A stretch of 64,000 nt of DNA from Amoebidium appalachense. Taxonomy: Eukaryota; Protista; Ichthyosporea. A program made the position numbers and the translations under genes. The DNA lies in contig CAVNZM010000004.1 of assembly GCA_963693365.1 (NCBI GenBank), forward strand, positions 8,159,093 through 8,223,092, in the 5' to 3' direction. Under the pieces are notes generated by a model that saw nothing but the letters and a program-made list of their open reading frames with translations, made no database searches and was not told the DNA's origin. This document shows, in pieces, positions 39,480 through 53,300 of the stretch (its first letter is position 1; each line of letters starts with the position of its first letter).

Positions 39480-39944
39480 TGCCTGCCTGCACGACCTTTT
39501 TATGTAAATAAGTGCATGTGAATCGATATGCGGATAGTATGTGTGTGTTTATGAGTACTGGTTGTCTGCGTGTTGCTGCGTGTTGTTTACTTTAGTCTAT
39601 TGTATGAGACCTCTTCGTAGGCATTTGCTTGAGGTTAGAATTAATCTAGAACGGCATTTGAGGACGGCATGCTCATCCAGGGCCACATGCCCGGTGTCCT
39701 AGCAACAAATGTATGGAAATCTGGGTGTTGTACGGAAAACAATACCTGTGACGGCAATATGAGTGTGCTTGTTGAATGATTGAGGGTTTAGTGTGCGATT
39801 GCTACGTGCATGGGTGCGTGTGTGCTTTCGTCTGAGCATCAGCTTTTGTCATTGTACGAGTTTTTGTGTCGCTTGCCGTATACTCGCATGTACGTGTTTA
39901 TATACGTAGGTCGTGCGTGCGTGTGGGTCGGATGTCTGTGTGTG

Positions 39945-40003
<59 letters not shown>

Positions 40004-43000
40004 CGTGTGTGTGTGTTTGCTTGTGCGTGCGTGTGTGTGTGTGTAGCAACAGTTGTGTGCCTATGTGTGTTTGCCCTTTTTGCATGGGTGCTTCCTTACA
40101 CGGATAACGTATGTGATTGGAAGTGTCCTCAGTGTGTGTGTGCGCGCGAGTGTGTGCTGCTATGTGAGACACATACTTTTTACGTGCCTTTGTGATCCTT
40201 TCATAGGTTTCATGGTTATTCTTGGTTAAGTCAAGGTCATTCAAGCATGTGAGATGCAAGCTATGGTGTGATTTTTTTGTGAATGGCAGATGTGTGGTGC
40301 TGGAGGGTTTTCCACTTCTCTCTCCCTCTCATGCTTATATGCGCATGTACACGTCTTGCCTTCCATGCTCCCGTGCACACACACGTCTTGTCTCCCATGT
40401 ACTTCAGCCCAGTAAGAGTATCTGTGTTGGGAAACAGAGGTATCGTGTGTACTCGTGTTCGGAATATTTCAGTTCGTGCATGTGTTTGCTCTGTTGTTTT
40501 TCTGGTGGTGATGGTTTCCTTTCTCTTCCCGTTACACGTGCTTACTGTACCCCCCCCCCCCCCCCCCCCCCCTCTCCCCTAGTAGTTCCAGCCCTTTTTC
40601 AGCCCCCCCCCCCCCCCCCCCCCCCTCCCTCCCCCCTCCCCCTTTCCTCAAAACCTCCCCTGTCATGTTGCATTACAAACAGTCCATATGTGTATGTTCA
40701 TTGGTTGTGAGTGTGACGGTAACTTTAGAGCATTTTTAGGTATTTAGAGTTGCTAGGGTTGGCTCGTTTTACATGGGTCCGTGCCTGTGTGTCTTTTGCT
40801 AATCTGCATCACCGTGTTCGTTGGAAATGTGCACGTCGTACTCAGTAGCACACTCCTAACCCCCCGCCCCCCCCCCCCCCCCCCAAATAATAAAAAAGAA
40901 AAAAAAGAAAAGAAAAGAAACAATTCACACCCACACCCATCACCCCCATGACTTTGGTCTAGCATGTTATCCACTAAAAATGCAACCCCTCTTGCTTGCG
41001 CAACCCTGCTCGTCTTTGATCAAGACGGGTTGACCCACCCAAGTTCAGTTGATGCTGCTGTCTGAGTTGGAGGGTCGTATATACGTGGGCTAAGGGGTCG
41101 AAACTTAGACGCAATTGATGACTTGGGCCCTTCCTGAGGATGGGCTCTGCTTATGACGCATACTGTGCGCATGGCTGATGTTGCATACTTGAATGTTTGC
41201 CTTTGCATGTGTCCTGCACCATGCTTCTCATCGTGTATGCGTACTTCGTACTGTGTTCCGCATTGAAACCCCCCTCCTTGCCCTGTTTGCCTTTGCATGT
41301 GTCCTGCACCATGCTTCTCGTCGTGTATGCGTACTTTGTACCGTGTTCCGCATTCAAACCCCCCCCCCCCCCCCATACGCGGGCTAAGGGGTCGAAACTC
41401 AGACGCAATTGATGACTTGGGCCCTCCCTGAGGATGGGCTCTGCTTATGACGCATACTGTGCGCATGGCTGATGCTGCATACTTGAATGTTTGCCTTTGC
41501 ATGTGTCCTGCACCATGGCTTCTCATCGTGTATGCGTACTTCGTACTGTGTTCCGCATTCAAAACCCCCCCTGTCTTCTTTCAGAGGTGTCCTTTCAGGA
41601 CAGACCACTGTGTGGAGACATCTTTACTTCCATGCAACCGGGCATGGTTGCTCTGTGTCGTGCATCTGTAAGCACATACGCGTTTGTCGCTGCACTGCAT
41701 TAGTTTGCACATACATCTTCACCGTTTTGCTCACCTTGCTTGCATAAGCAACCCTGCTCGTCTTTGATCAAGACGGGTTGACCCACCCAAGTTCAGTTGA
41801 TGCTGCTGTCTGAGTTGGAGCGTCGTATATACGCGGGCTAAGGGGTCGAAACTCAGACGCAATTGATGACTTGGGCCCTCCCTGAGGATGGGCTCTGCTT
41901 ATGACGCATACTGTGCGCATGGCTGATGCTGCATACTTGAATGTTTGCCTTTGCATGTGTCCTGCACCATGCTTCTCATCGTGTATGCGTACTTCGTACT
42001 GTGTTCCGCATTCAAAACCCCCCCCCCCCCCCCGCCCCCCCCCCCCCGCCCCACACTCTTTGCATGGTGTTGTGGATGTCACAAATGCGTGTGAACGAGA
42101 ATGTGCAGCATTTCCTTTTCGTTAGAGTTTCCTTGCAGACTGACCAATACCCTTACAGCTGACAACACGTGCTTTGACTGGGACGAGTCGGAGCAGAAGG
42201 TGTTCCTCGACTCCTGCTCTGCTGTTGCGAAGGCGGCCAAGCCCAACACCAAGGCGGCGCTTACGCAAAAGTGGATGTGGTTTGCTGAGTGGATGGATTA
42301 CTTCAACACACACACGAACAACCCCATCATCCCGAACAGCGGGGGTTCCCGTCTGGATGGCTACACGATCCAGCAGTGTATGAAGGACTGCCTGTACAAC
42401 CCCAACTGCAACGCCTTCATGTGGGACGGCACCACGTGCAAGCACACGTCCGTCAACGGCACCTGCGAGCTCGTGTTCCACCAGCAGAATGATCCGTGGA
42501 TGATCTGTATTGCTGGTGACCGCCAGGACGGTGGGTGGTCCCAGTGGTCTGCCTGCTCCCGCACGTGCGGTGGTGGCCAGCGTACCCGCAAGTGCAACAA
42601 CCCGTGCGTTCACAACGGTGGTGAATGCTGCAAGGGGCCAAGCGCCGAGTCCTGTAACGCCCAGTCCTGCAGCCGCAACCCCGGAGAGACCTGCTCTGGT
42701 GGCTGCTGCAGTATGTCCCCCCCCCCCCCCCCCTCCCCCCCTTACGCCCTCCCCCCGGGGAGCTTCCTAGAAGCCCCGTCTCCTGAGTTCCTATCTATAT
42801 TTTTCTTGCTTCTGCTTACTGCTGCAACTTTAACCCCCGGCCTTTCCCACTGCCCTTGCCTGCATAAGCAACCCTGCTCGTCTCTGATCAAGACGGGTGA
42901 CCTACTCATGTTCAAGTGAAACAGTATCTGAGTTGGGTTTCGTTAACGAGGGGAATAGGTCGAAACTCGGGTACTGTGGATGACGTGGGCCCCCCCTGAG

Positions 43001-46000
43001 GATGGGCTCTGCTTATTATGCATACTCTTTATGTATGGCTTGCATTCTGCATCGTGTTATCCGTTTGTTCTTGTGTACTTCGTACTTTTTGACGCATTCA
43101 AAACCCCCCTCCCCCTTACTTCCCCCCCCCCCCCCCCCCCCCCCCCCGCCCCTCCTTCCCCTCCAGCAACCCCCTCAGCACAGAGAGCACTCGCATACGT
43201 TCTCCCCTCCCTCCCTCCCCCCTCCCCCCCTCCCCCCCCCCCGCCCGCCCGCCCGCAAACATACACAATGCTCAAATTCTAACTTTAATACTTCCAGTCC
43301 ATCTTTTCACCCTTTACGATGTGCAGGGTTTTGGATTTCCTTTTAGAAAGTAGTTGTTTATGCACAATTGTACGATTCATCATGCTACCGTCCATTCTCT
43401 TTGTTATTTATCAGTGCCGGTCTGGGTGCAATTTTGTTTCATGCTGCTCTTTGACAGTCTTGTCCTGAAGAATGATGGGGTACTGAACCTGTGTGAACAT
43501 TTTCTGATCGCATTCAATGCACATTTCAGAGTACAAGCTGGTGCCCAAGGCCGATGTCAAGTCTTCCCTTGGCGGTGGCGAGGTGCTGCCGCTGGAGACC
43601 TGCAAGGCCCGCTGCACCAAGATGAAGGGGTGCAACGGTTTTTCGTGGGATGGTCGTCGGTGCTGGTACAAGAGCGTCACCACTAAGGGCGCCATCGTTC
43701 CTTCATCCACCACGAGCCTGTACCTGCAGGACTGCCCGGCCGGCACCTGGTCTGCATGGGGTGCATGCTCCGTCACATGCGGCAACGGCGGTATCCGCAA
43801 GCGCACCTGCCCAACCAACAACTGCATTGGCGCCGCGCAGGAGGCATGTGGTGCGGGTCCATGCTGCACGTTCCGCCTCAATGCCAAAAAGGACGTTCCC
43901 CTCAAGACCATCCCCGGTGGTGGCAAGATGGCCCTGAACGAGTGTATGCGCAGATGCGCGGCCAATGCCAAGTGCAACTCGTTCGTGTGGGACGGGTCCA
44001 CCTGTATCATGAAGGCCATGTCCAGCTTGGCCGACATGGTGCCCAGCACCGTGTGGTCGACCTACACTGCCTCCTGCCGTGTCATCCCCACCACCTCCGT
44101 CCCGGTCAACGGCAAGTGGGCGGAGTGGGGTGTTTGCAGCACCTCTTGCGGCGGCGGTACCCGCTCTCGCACGTGCACCAACCCCCCACCTTCGAACGGC
44201 GGCTCGCAGTGCGCTGGGGCTGCCACTGAGACGTGCAACACCCTCCAGTGCTGTACCTACCGTCTTTTCCCGGCCAAGGATGCCACCCAGGATATGGCCG
44301 GTGGCGGAGCAATGACTCTGAACGAGTGCAAGGCCAACTGCCGTGCCACCACAGGTTGCACAGCTTTTGCCTTCAGCGGCTCTGCGTGCCTGTTTAAGGC
44401 CCTGCCCGTACCCGTCAAGGACCCCAACACCGATCTTGTTCCCTCTGCCACCTACGACATGTATGTTCAGGACTGCTTCAGCGGCCGCACCAACGGGAAC
44501 TGGGGTTCATGGAGCATGTGCAGTGTCAGCTGCAACGGCGGCATCAAGACACGCGAGTGCAACAACCCTGCCCCGGCCGGTGGTGGAGCCACATGCAGTG
44601 GTTCAGCCTCTGCCAGCTGCAACACTGGGGTATGTGTGCACTGGGAGGTCTACCCCAAGAAGGAGACCCACGTCATCACGATTCCCGGGGGTGGCTACAT
44701 GACTATTGACGAGTGCAAGGCGGCGTGCGTTGCCACCCCCACCTGCACGGCATTCACCCACAACGGACAGTACTGCAACCTCAAGGCTGTCACCAACGCC
44801 ACCACGGAGGTGGTTGACGACAGTGAAGAGTGGGACACGTACGTCATCAACGGCGAGGATTCTCTTCTGCCAGCGGGCACCCCCATGTGGACTGCCTGGA
44901 GTGCGTGCAGTGTCACGTGCAGCATTGGCGTCAAATCGCGCCTGTGCGTGGAGGCTGTTACTGGCAAGCCATCGAGTGCCTGTGTCGGTGACAACGCTGC
45001 TCCTTGTGATGCTGGTCCATGCTGCAGTACGTACCCCCCCCCCCCCCCCCCCTTCCCCCCTCCCTTCTATCTCCCCCCCCCTTATCTGCCCCTGTTTCCT
45101 TCGAAGGGCTCCACCTCTTTAACTTACATACTTGACCCTTTTTGCTTCTACCTATATATGCCTTGCACCCCAGCAAGCTCTACTCTGGCTCAGTTTGAGT
45201 CCATTCATTGGCTCACTTATTATTCTAAAAATTCAGGGCTCGTTTTGCAGTCGACATTGTGTTTCCTGTCTTGAATGTGTACTTTGTAGTCTACTGTATC
45301 CCCCTTCCGTCCCTCCCTCCCCCCTCCCCCTTCCCCCCCCCTCGCCCCTCTCCGCCTCCCCCCCCTGTTTTCTTTCCCAGTTCCCCCCTCCATCTTCTCT
45401 GTTGCTCGTGTACCGGCCTCGTGGTGAAAGAGAACTTGTTTGGTTGCATATGTTGCACCTCTAATTCAAACAAATGATAACACAACCATTCCCTTTAGCA
45501 TTCGACAAGGTGTCGGGTGAGGTTGCCGGCATGGACACCGGTGGTGGTGGGTGGTATGATGCCGGCTGGACCATTGCCAAGTGCAAGCAGGTGTGCGCAG
45601 GGACTCCCAACTGCTATGCCTTCACCGACACTGGCAAGGGCTGCTGGTTCAAGAACATTCCGTCCGACAGCGCAGTGACGCCCCACAGCACATTCTTCAC
45701 TTACATTGAGCGATGCCCTAAGTCTGGATGGTCTGCTTGGGGCGAATGCTCGAAGAACTGCGGTGGTGGTACCCAAAACCGAACGTGCCCCCAGGGCTCC
45801 ACATGCTCAGGGAGCAACACACAGGCTTGCAACACTCAGCCCTGTTGCCGTAAGCATCCCCCCCCCCCCCCCCCCCTCCCCCCCTTCCCTGCCCATCTGC
45901 CTTATCCAAACACTCTTCGCCCCCCAACCCTACTTCCCTCGCTTTTTGAACAATCTAGATGCAACCGTCAGCCCTGTTGTAGTAGCCCCCTATATACGCG

Positions 46001-46181
46001 GGCTAAGGGGTCGAAACTCAGACGCAATTGATGACTTGGGCCCTCCCTGAGGATGGGCTCTGCTTATGACGCATACTGTGCGCATGGCTGATGTTGCACA
46101 CTTGAATGTTTGCCTTTGCATGTGTCCTGCACCATGCTTCTCATCGTGTATGCGTACTTCGTACTGTGTTCCGCATTCAAG

Positions 46182-46214
<33 letters not shown>

Positions 46215-46747
46215 TCCCCCTTCCCCCCCGGTCTTTGTCCCTGCCCATCTGTGCCTCATCTCCCCTCGCATCTACATCCCTCTTCATCTGTATCCCCCCC
46301 CCCCCCCCCCCCCCCCCCCCCTTGCTTTTCAAACAATCTTCTCCCTCGGCTCTAGTTCTGATGGTTGAAAACGTTGTCTGTAAATCAACAGATGCCCCCC
46401 CCCCCCCCCCCCCCCTCCCCTTGCTTTTCAAACAATCTCCTCCCTCGGCTCTAGTTCTGATGTTTGAAAAAGTTGTCTGTAAAATCAACAGATCCCCCCC
46501 CCCCCCCCCCCCCCCCCTCTCCCTTTTCGACTCTCCAGCCTCCTCCGCCCCAGCCTTTCAAGTTTTCTATTTTCCCACGTATGTGAGTTTCATTGAGTTT
46601 GCTCTGCTTTTGCCTTATATGAAGACCGTATTCTTATTTTCTACGGTACCCCCCTCCCCCCTACCCCCACACCCAACCCCCCCCTTTTTTTTCCTCCAAA
46701 GGGGCAAAATCTGCTTGGCCAACACCCCACACATGATGCTTCTCATT

Positions 46748-46782
<35 letters not shown>

Positions 46783-47338
46783 TTCCCTTCATCTTTGTCC
46801 CCAAGGTTGCAAAACCTGCTAGACCAATTCACCCCACATGGTCTTCCTTGCCCCCCCCCCCCCCCCCCCCCCCTTTTTTTTTGGGCTCACCTCTTGGCTT
46901 CTGTGCTAACGTAACCAATGCCCTCTCTGCAGCATACAAGGAGTTTACCATTAGCGACACTCTCTGGGATGTTGTTGGCCAGGCCAACAGCATTGTCGAG
47001 TGCGAGAGCCTTTGCGATGCCACCACTGGTTGCAATGCATTCATCTTCAATGTGGCATATTCTGTGTGCCAGCTGAAGCGTGTGCGTGATTCTGGCCAGA
47101 TTGTTTCTTCTGCGGAAGGGTGGAGCGTGTTTGTCCGGCAGTGCCCTGGCACTGTGATCGACGGCGCCTGGGGCAACTGGGGTCAATGCACTGCCACATG
47201 CAAGGGAGGTGTGCGCACACGTGCATGCAACAACCCAGCTCCCGACAATGCCGGTGCACCTTGCGATGGTGAATTCATTCAGACATGCAACGATGGTGTT
47301 GACTGTGCTCCCGGCACCGTTGTGGATAATGGTAGCCT

Positions 47339-47372
<34 letters not shown>

Positions 47373-50300
47373 TCCCACATTCCCCCCTCCCCCCCCCAAA
47401 ATAAAAAAAATAAGGGAGCTGTCTTCTTCCTGATGTCTTGCGCTACAGGATTGCAACTAGGTTATTCCCTGGGCTATTTTGTGCAGCCCTTTGTGATCCT
47501 GCATGTTCAGCTTCTTGCTCTTTCCCGCTTCTCTCCTCCATGCTTCTGTTTATGCTGAATGTGTGGCATGCAGTTTCTTCTCTCCAGTGACTCTGACCAT
47601 TCTGCACCTTCTTTTTACTGATCTACCGTCGATGGCACGCTCGAACACCTCAGAGTTACGTTTCTTTTGGTTCATGCTCATCTCCTCCCTCGCACCCCAC
47701 TAACTTTACTCTCTTGTTGCAGCCGAGATTGGCGAGCTCGTGTATTTCGATGTCAACGGCAACGGTGTCAAGGATGTCGGCGAGGTTGGCATTGGTGGCG
47801 CTAAGGTGGTGCTCAAGGATGTCAATGGCCAGGTAGTTGTTTCCACCACCACCAACTCCAACGGTGTCTACCGGTTCTATGCCCTACCTGCCGGCACCTA
47901 CACGGTCGAGGTTGAGACTGCCGCTGGCATCCTCCAGGGGCTCAGCAACACCAAGGATATTGATGGCAACCTTGACTCTAAGGCCACTGTCACCGTCACG
48001 GCCGGCCAGCAGAAGCTGGATGTGGACTTCGGGTACACTGACATCAAGGACTGCACCACGGGCTCGGTCACGTGCCCGGCCCAGGCCATGTGCGTCAACT
48101 CTGCTGGTGGGTACGTCTGTGCCTGCAACACTGGCTACACGATGGTCAGTGGCAGCTGCACGGCCAAGACTGGCAGCATCGGTGACAGCATCTGGCTTGA
48201 TGCCAACCGCAACGGCATCCAGGACGCTAAGGAGGTGGGCATGGTTGCCATTTTGGAGCTCTATGCCGTCGACATTGCTGCCGTCAACTCCCGCTTGCTC
48301 GCGCCACTCACTGCATCGGGTACTGGTAGGCGGCGCCGCGCTGCATCCAATGTCACGGCGGTAGCAGCCACCACACTGCTCAAGTCCATCACCACTGATG
48401 GATCGGGTTTCTACCTGTTCCATAACATTACCCCTGGTGCCTACCGTGTCAAGATTGTTTCATCCAGCATTCCCAGCGGCCTTGTGCAGACCTACGACCC
48501 CGATGGCCAGAAAGATGGCCAGACTGTGGTTATCATCGGGCCCGGTGACCACCTGCGCGGTATTGACTTCGGTTATGCCATCTCAGTGCCCGGCACGGTG
48601 GAGGGCACAGTATATGACGACGTGAACAAGGATGGCATGAAGGACAATGGTGATGTTCCCGTGGGGGATGTTATTCTTGACCTCGTGGACATTGCCACGG
48701 GCAAGGTTTTGGCCACAACCCGGACTAATGGCACCGGTGTTTACCGCTTCAGCCGTGTACCGGCTGGCACGTACCAGATCCGTCTGCAGAAGGGCACCCT
48801 GCCGGCACCCTACCAAGGTGTCATCTACGAGAAGGACGGCACCCTTGACGGGGCTATTGCTTTTGTGATGCCTGATGGTGGCCAGCTGACCGGCTACTAC
48901 TTCGGACTCACCACCATCTCGATCGGTTCTGTCACGGGCACCATCTTTGTTGACAACAACCAGAACACTGCCCAAGATTCGGGTGAGGAGGGCCTTGCTA
49001 GCATCAAGATCAACATTCTGGATTCGGTTACTGGAAACGTTGTGGCCACCACAACCACCGATTCCAATGGCAATTTCCAACTGGACGGCATCCCAGTTGG
49101 CAACTACACTTTTGCCATTGACCTTACTAGTCTCCCGCCAGGCGTAGAGGTTTCCACTCCGCCCAACGGCCAGATGTCGTTGGAGGTGACCCCGAGTGGC
49201 AACTCCCCGATATTTGTCGGCCTGCTGGCTCCTCCTCCTGGTTCTGTGGAAGGCAAGGTCTACCGCGACATCAACCGTAACAAGGCAGAGGAGAATGGCG
49301 AGGAGGGCATTGCTGGTGTCATCGTTCAGATTGTCAACCCTGCCACCAGCACCGTTCTTAAGCAGGTGATGACCGACGTTGACGGGGTGTACATCTTCAC
49401 TAACGTGCTTCCTGGTGGCTGGATCATTGTCATCCAGCGGGGGGAGAATTTGCCCAACGATTGGCGCCAGTATGCTGATCCCGACGGCACAGCAGACGGC
49501 CGCACCACCGTAACGGTTGTTTCCAACGAGGTTAGCGACGGTAACATCTTTGGCTACAACATGCAACCCCTGCCAGGCAAGATCATGGGCTCAGTCCTCA
49601 ACGATACCACTGTTGTCAGCCGCAAGATCCCGGGCCAGCCGCCAATTCCTGATGTCACCCTGAATTTGATCAACACGGCAACCCTTGCCGTTGTGGACAC
49701 CACCACCACGGGTGCAGATGGTTCATACCAGTTCGTCAATGTACCTGCGGGCTCATATCGGGTCAAGATTGACAAGGCAACCCTGCCAGTGAACCACTTC
49801 CCGACTTCCGATCCCGATAGTGTCCTGGATCACCAGACCAGGGTGACAATTCTGGACGCAGACACTCGCGCCAATGTTGATTTCCTCTACTTCCACTCAG
49901 CGGATGGAAGCGGCAGAATGCTGCCAGGCCATGTGACCCGGCCACCAGGTCGCGCCAACGGCACGCTGGCCAACATTACTGTGCTCATCACCAATGCCGA
50001 TACTGGTGTGGTCTTCCCAGTCAATACTGATGAGGACGGCCAGTACATTTTCCCGCCCATGCCCCCATGCCGCAATTGCAGCATCCAGGTTGTGCCGGAA
50101 ACTCTGCCGGAGGACACCAGTTTGGTCCAGACTGCATCCAACGGTACCGACACCTCAGTTGTTGGCATTCTTCCGGGTGACCACACAATTTACTTCTCGG
50201 TTCCGGAGAATGTAACCAAATTTGTGCCACAGACCATTGTCATTGATACATTCCACGGCAGTGTGTCAGGTGTTGTCGTTGAGGATACCGATGTTGATGG

Positions 50301-53300
50301 GACTCGCGGTGCGTCCGACATTTTGCTTCCCAATGTCAACGTCACCTTGTACAACCAGTTCATGGTGAGAATCTCCACTGTTCAGACCAATGCAAACGGC
50401 GAGTATCGCTTCACTGGTCTCTCCATAGGCAACTACACTGTTTCTGTGGACATGCCCAGCTTGCCAGTTGGCTGGACACCGTCCTTTGACCAAGACGGCG
50501 GCACTGATGGGGCCGCCAAGGTGGTGGTTTCTCTGCAGGCAAATGCAACGGAGGTTGTTTTAGGGTTCCTGCGACCGAAGCCTGGCACTATCGTCGTGAC
50601 TGTTTTCAACGACACCAATGCCAATGCCGTACAGGATGGAGAGGCTGGGCTGGCCTATATTCGTGTTACTCTGACCAACAGCAGTGGTGGGGTGGTGGCA
50701 GCCAATCGCACCAACGCCACTGGTCAGGTGACCTTTTCGAACCTCCAGCCTGGTGTCTACTCTGTGACAGTCTCCCACCGTCTCAATGGCTACGTGCAGA
50801 CAGTTGACCCTGACGCTACCAAGGACAGCCGCACCGTGTCTACCGTAAAGGCAGGCGAGACAACTACGTCGGTGTTTGCCTATGCCCCACCCCCAGGTGG
50901 TGTTTCTGGTGCTGTTCTTCACGATCAGAACGCGGATAGCCTGAAGGCCGGCGATCCTGGCCTGGCCAATGCCAAGGTCATCCTGCTGGATTCTGCTGGT
51001 GCGGTGGTTGGGCAGTCCTATGTGGATGCCACCACTGGGGCCTTCCTGTTCGGTGCATTAGCAGACGGCACCTACAAGGTGGCTATTAGCTTGCCTTCCA
51101 TCCCTACCGGTTACAAGCAGGTGTACGGCCCTGCTGATGTGATCTCGGAGTCCTACACCGTTACTGTGCAGGGGTCCGTCATCAAGGATGTCATCTTTGG
51201 CTTCCGTGCCCCCAAGAACGCCACTGTTAGCGGCTCCATCTTCACGGACACCAACAACAACGGCCAGCTGGATTCTGGCGAGGCAGCTGTGCAAGGTGTG
51301 GTCGTGCAGCTGGTAACCAAAAATGGCACAGTCATAGCCACGGCTACCACTGGCCCGGATGGCAAATATACTTTCCCCAACGTCGCAAAAGGAAATTATT
51401 CGGTTGTGATTGACAAGACCAGCTTGCCCCTCGACCTTGTCAATGCCATCATCACCGATCCCTCGGGTGTCAAGGGCGGCACGAGCACGGCCACCATTGT
51501 AGATGGCGAGTCTGCCCCAACCAACTTCTCTCTGTTTAAGCTGGTGCCTGGAACCATCACTGGTAGCGTTTACAACGATGCCAACGGTAACAGCATTCTC
51601 AACACGGGTGAGGTTGGCCTGACTGATGCTGTTGTGCGCCTGTCTCGCGCCACAGGCACAGTGTCTGAGGTCACAATCGATGCCTCTGGCCGCTACACCT
51701 TCAATGGTGTCCAAGATGGTACCTACTCTGTGTCTGTGGTGTCTCTTCCCGCTGGCTTTGTGCAAACCGGGGGCCCTACAAATGCAACCGCGACTGTCGT
51801 CGTTTCTGGTGGTGGCCAGGTAGTTCCGGACATGGGCTTCCGCCCACCTTATGGTAGCATTTCAGGTAATGTGATGGCAGACATCAATGGCGACATGAGC
51901 AACATTACTGCCATGGCCAACATTCGCGTCCGCCTGATCAACGCCGACACTGGTGTGACGGTGGGAACTACAACCACAGCAGCCAATGGTTCGTACCAGT
52001 TTGCAAACTTGTTTGCGGCCAACTACACCGTTGTTGTTGATGTGGCTACGCTCCCAACCAACCGCCGTCTGGTTACTCAGGATCCGGACTCCGTTAAGGA
52101 TGGCAAGACCAGAGTAACGCTTGCTTCAGGTCAGACTGTCGCATCACAGGACTTCTACTATGCTCCTCCAGTTGGCAGCCTGAGCGGTCGGGTGGTTCGC
52201 GACGTCAACGTGGATGGCAAGCTTGATGCTGCTGATACCGGCCTGTCGGGGGTGGAGGTACGCTTGATGCTGGGAAGCACCATCATCAAGAATACAACCA
52301 CAGACGCTGGCGGCAACTACGTGTTCCCATCAGTGGACCCCAACAAGTACCGGGTTGTTGTTGTCCCCACCAACTTGCCAGCTGATACCCGCATCCCCAG
52401 CTTTGATGTGGACACTCTGGCGGATGGCCAGACAGATGTCGTTGTGAACATTGGTGCCAAGGTTACCAACATCAACCTTGGTTTCCGGTCACCAAAAGCA
52501 GGTACTGTCAGTGGTTCCGTCTTCAGTGACATCAAGGCCAACGGCATCAAGGACACCACCGACACAGCCCTGCCCCAGGTCACTGTTGAGCTACTGCGCA
52601 ATGGCTCGGTGGTGGCCACTACCGCAAGCGTTTCTGATGGCTCTTTCAGCTTCAGCAATGTTGCTGCAGGGACCTACACAGTGCGAGTGCAGTCGACCAC
52701 CTTGCCTGCAGCAATCCGTATGCGGAAGCCCACCACCGACCCAGATGGTGTCTTCGACGGTTCGTCCACGGTGACGGTAGTCGATGGCGACCAGGTTACC
52801 AGCCAAGATTTCGGCTACCCACCTGCTACCAGCAGTATATCGGGATCAATCATCAACGATGTTGATCTCAATGGCCAATCTACGTCAACGGACACCCCCC
52901 TAGCCAACATCAAGGTCAGCCTGTCCCTCAATGGACAGGAAGTTGCGACCACGACAACGGATGCCACCGGCAAGTACATCTTTACCGGCCTGGCTGCTGG
53001 CGACTACACCGTCTCCCTTGATAAGACACAGATCCCGCCGGCACTTCAGTACGTTTCGTTTGGTTCATCGATGGACGGCAAGACTGCCACAATCAAGCTG
53101 GCGGACAACCAGAACCTTGCAACGATCGACTTTGCCTTCCGCTCCATTGTAAATTTGGTCCGTGGTCTGCTGTTTAGTGACACCAATCTGGATAAGCTGT
53201 ACCAGGCTGGCGAGCCAGGCGTGGCCAATGTCACCGTCACTGCAACAGACTCTAGTGGCCGCTCCGTGTCTGTTACCACTGATACCAATGGTTACTTCAC

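Noticed and set aside
39650-39780. Possible extra Cys-containing exon (GCCTENNTCDG) in the long intron
   Set aside because: Splice phase does not fit, and exons 3 and 4 already join in frame.
41840-41890. Hammerhead (GAAAC, CTGAGGA), HDV-like (GGCTAAGGG) or C/D snoRNA (TGATGA..CTGA) identity for the intronic element
   Set aside because: Motifs are in the wrong order or are not conserved in the diverged copy, so the element is left unassigned.
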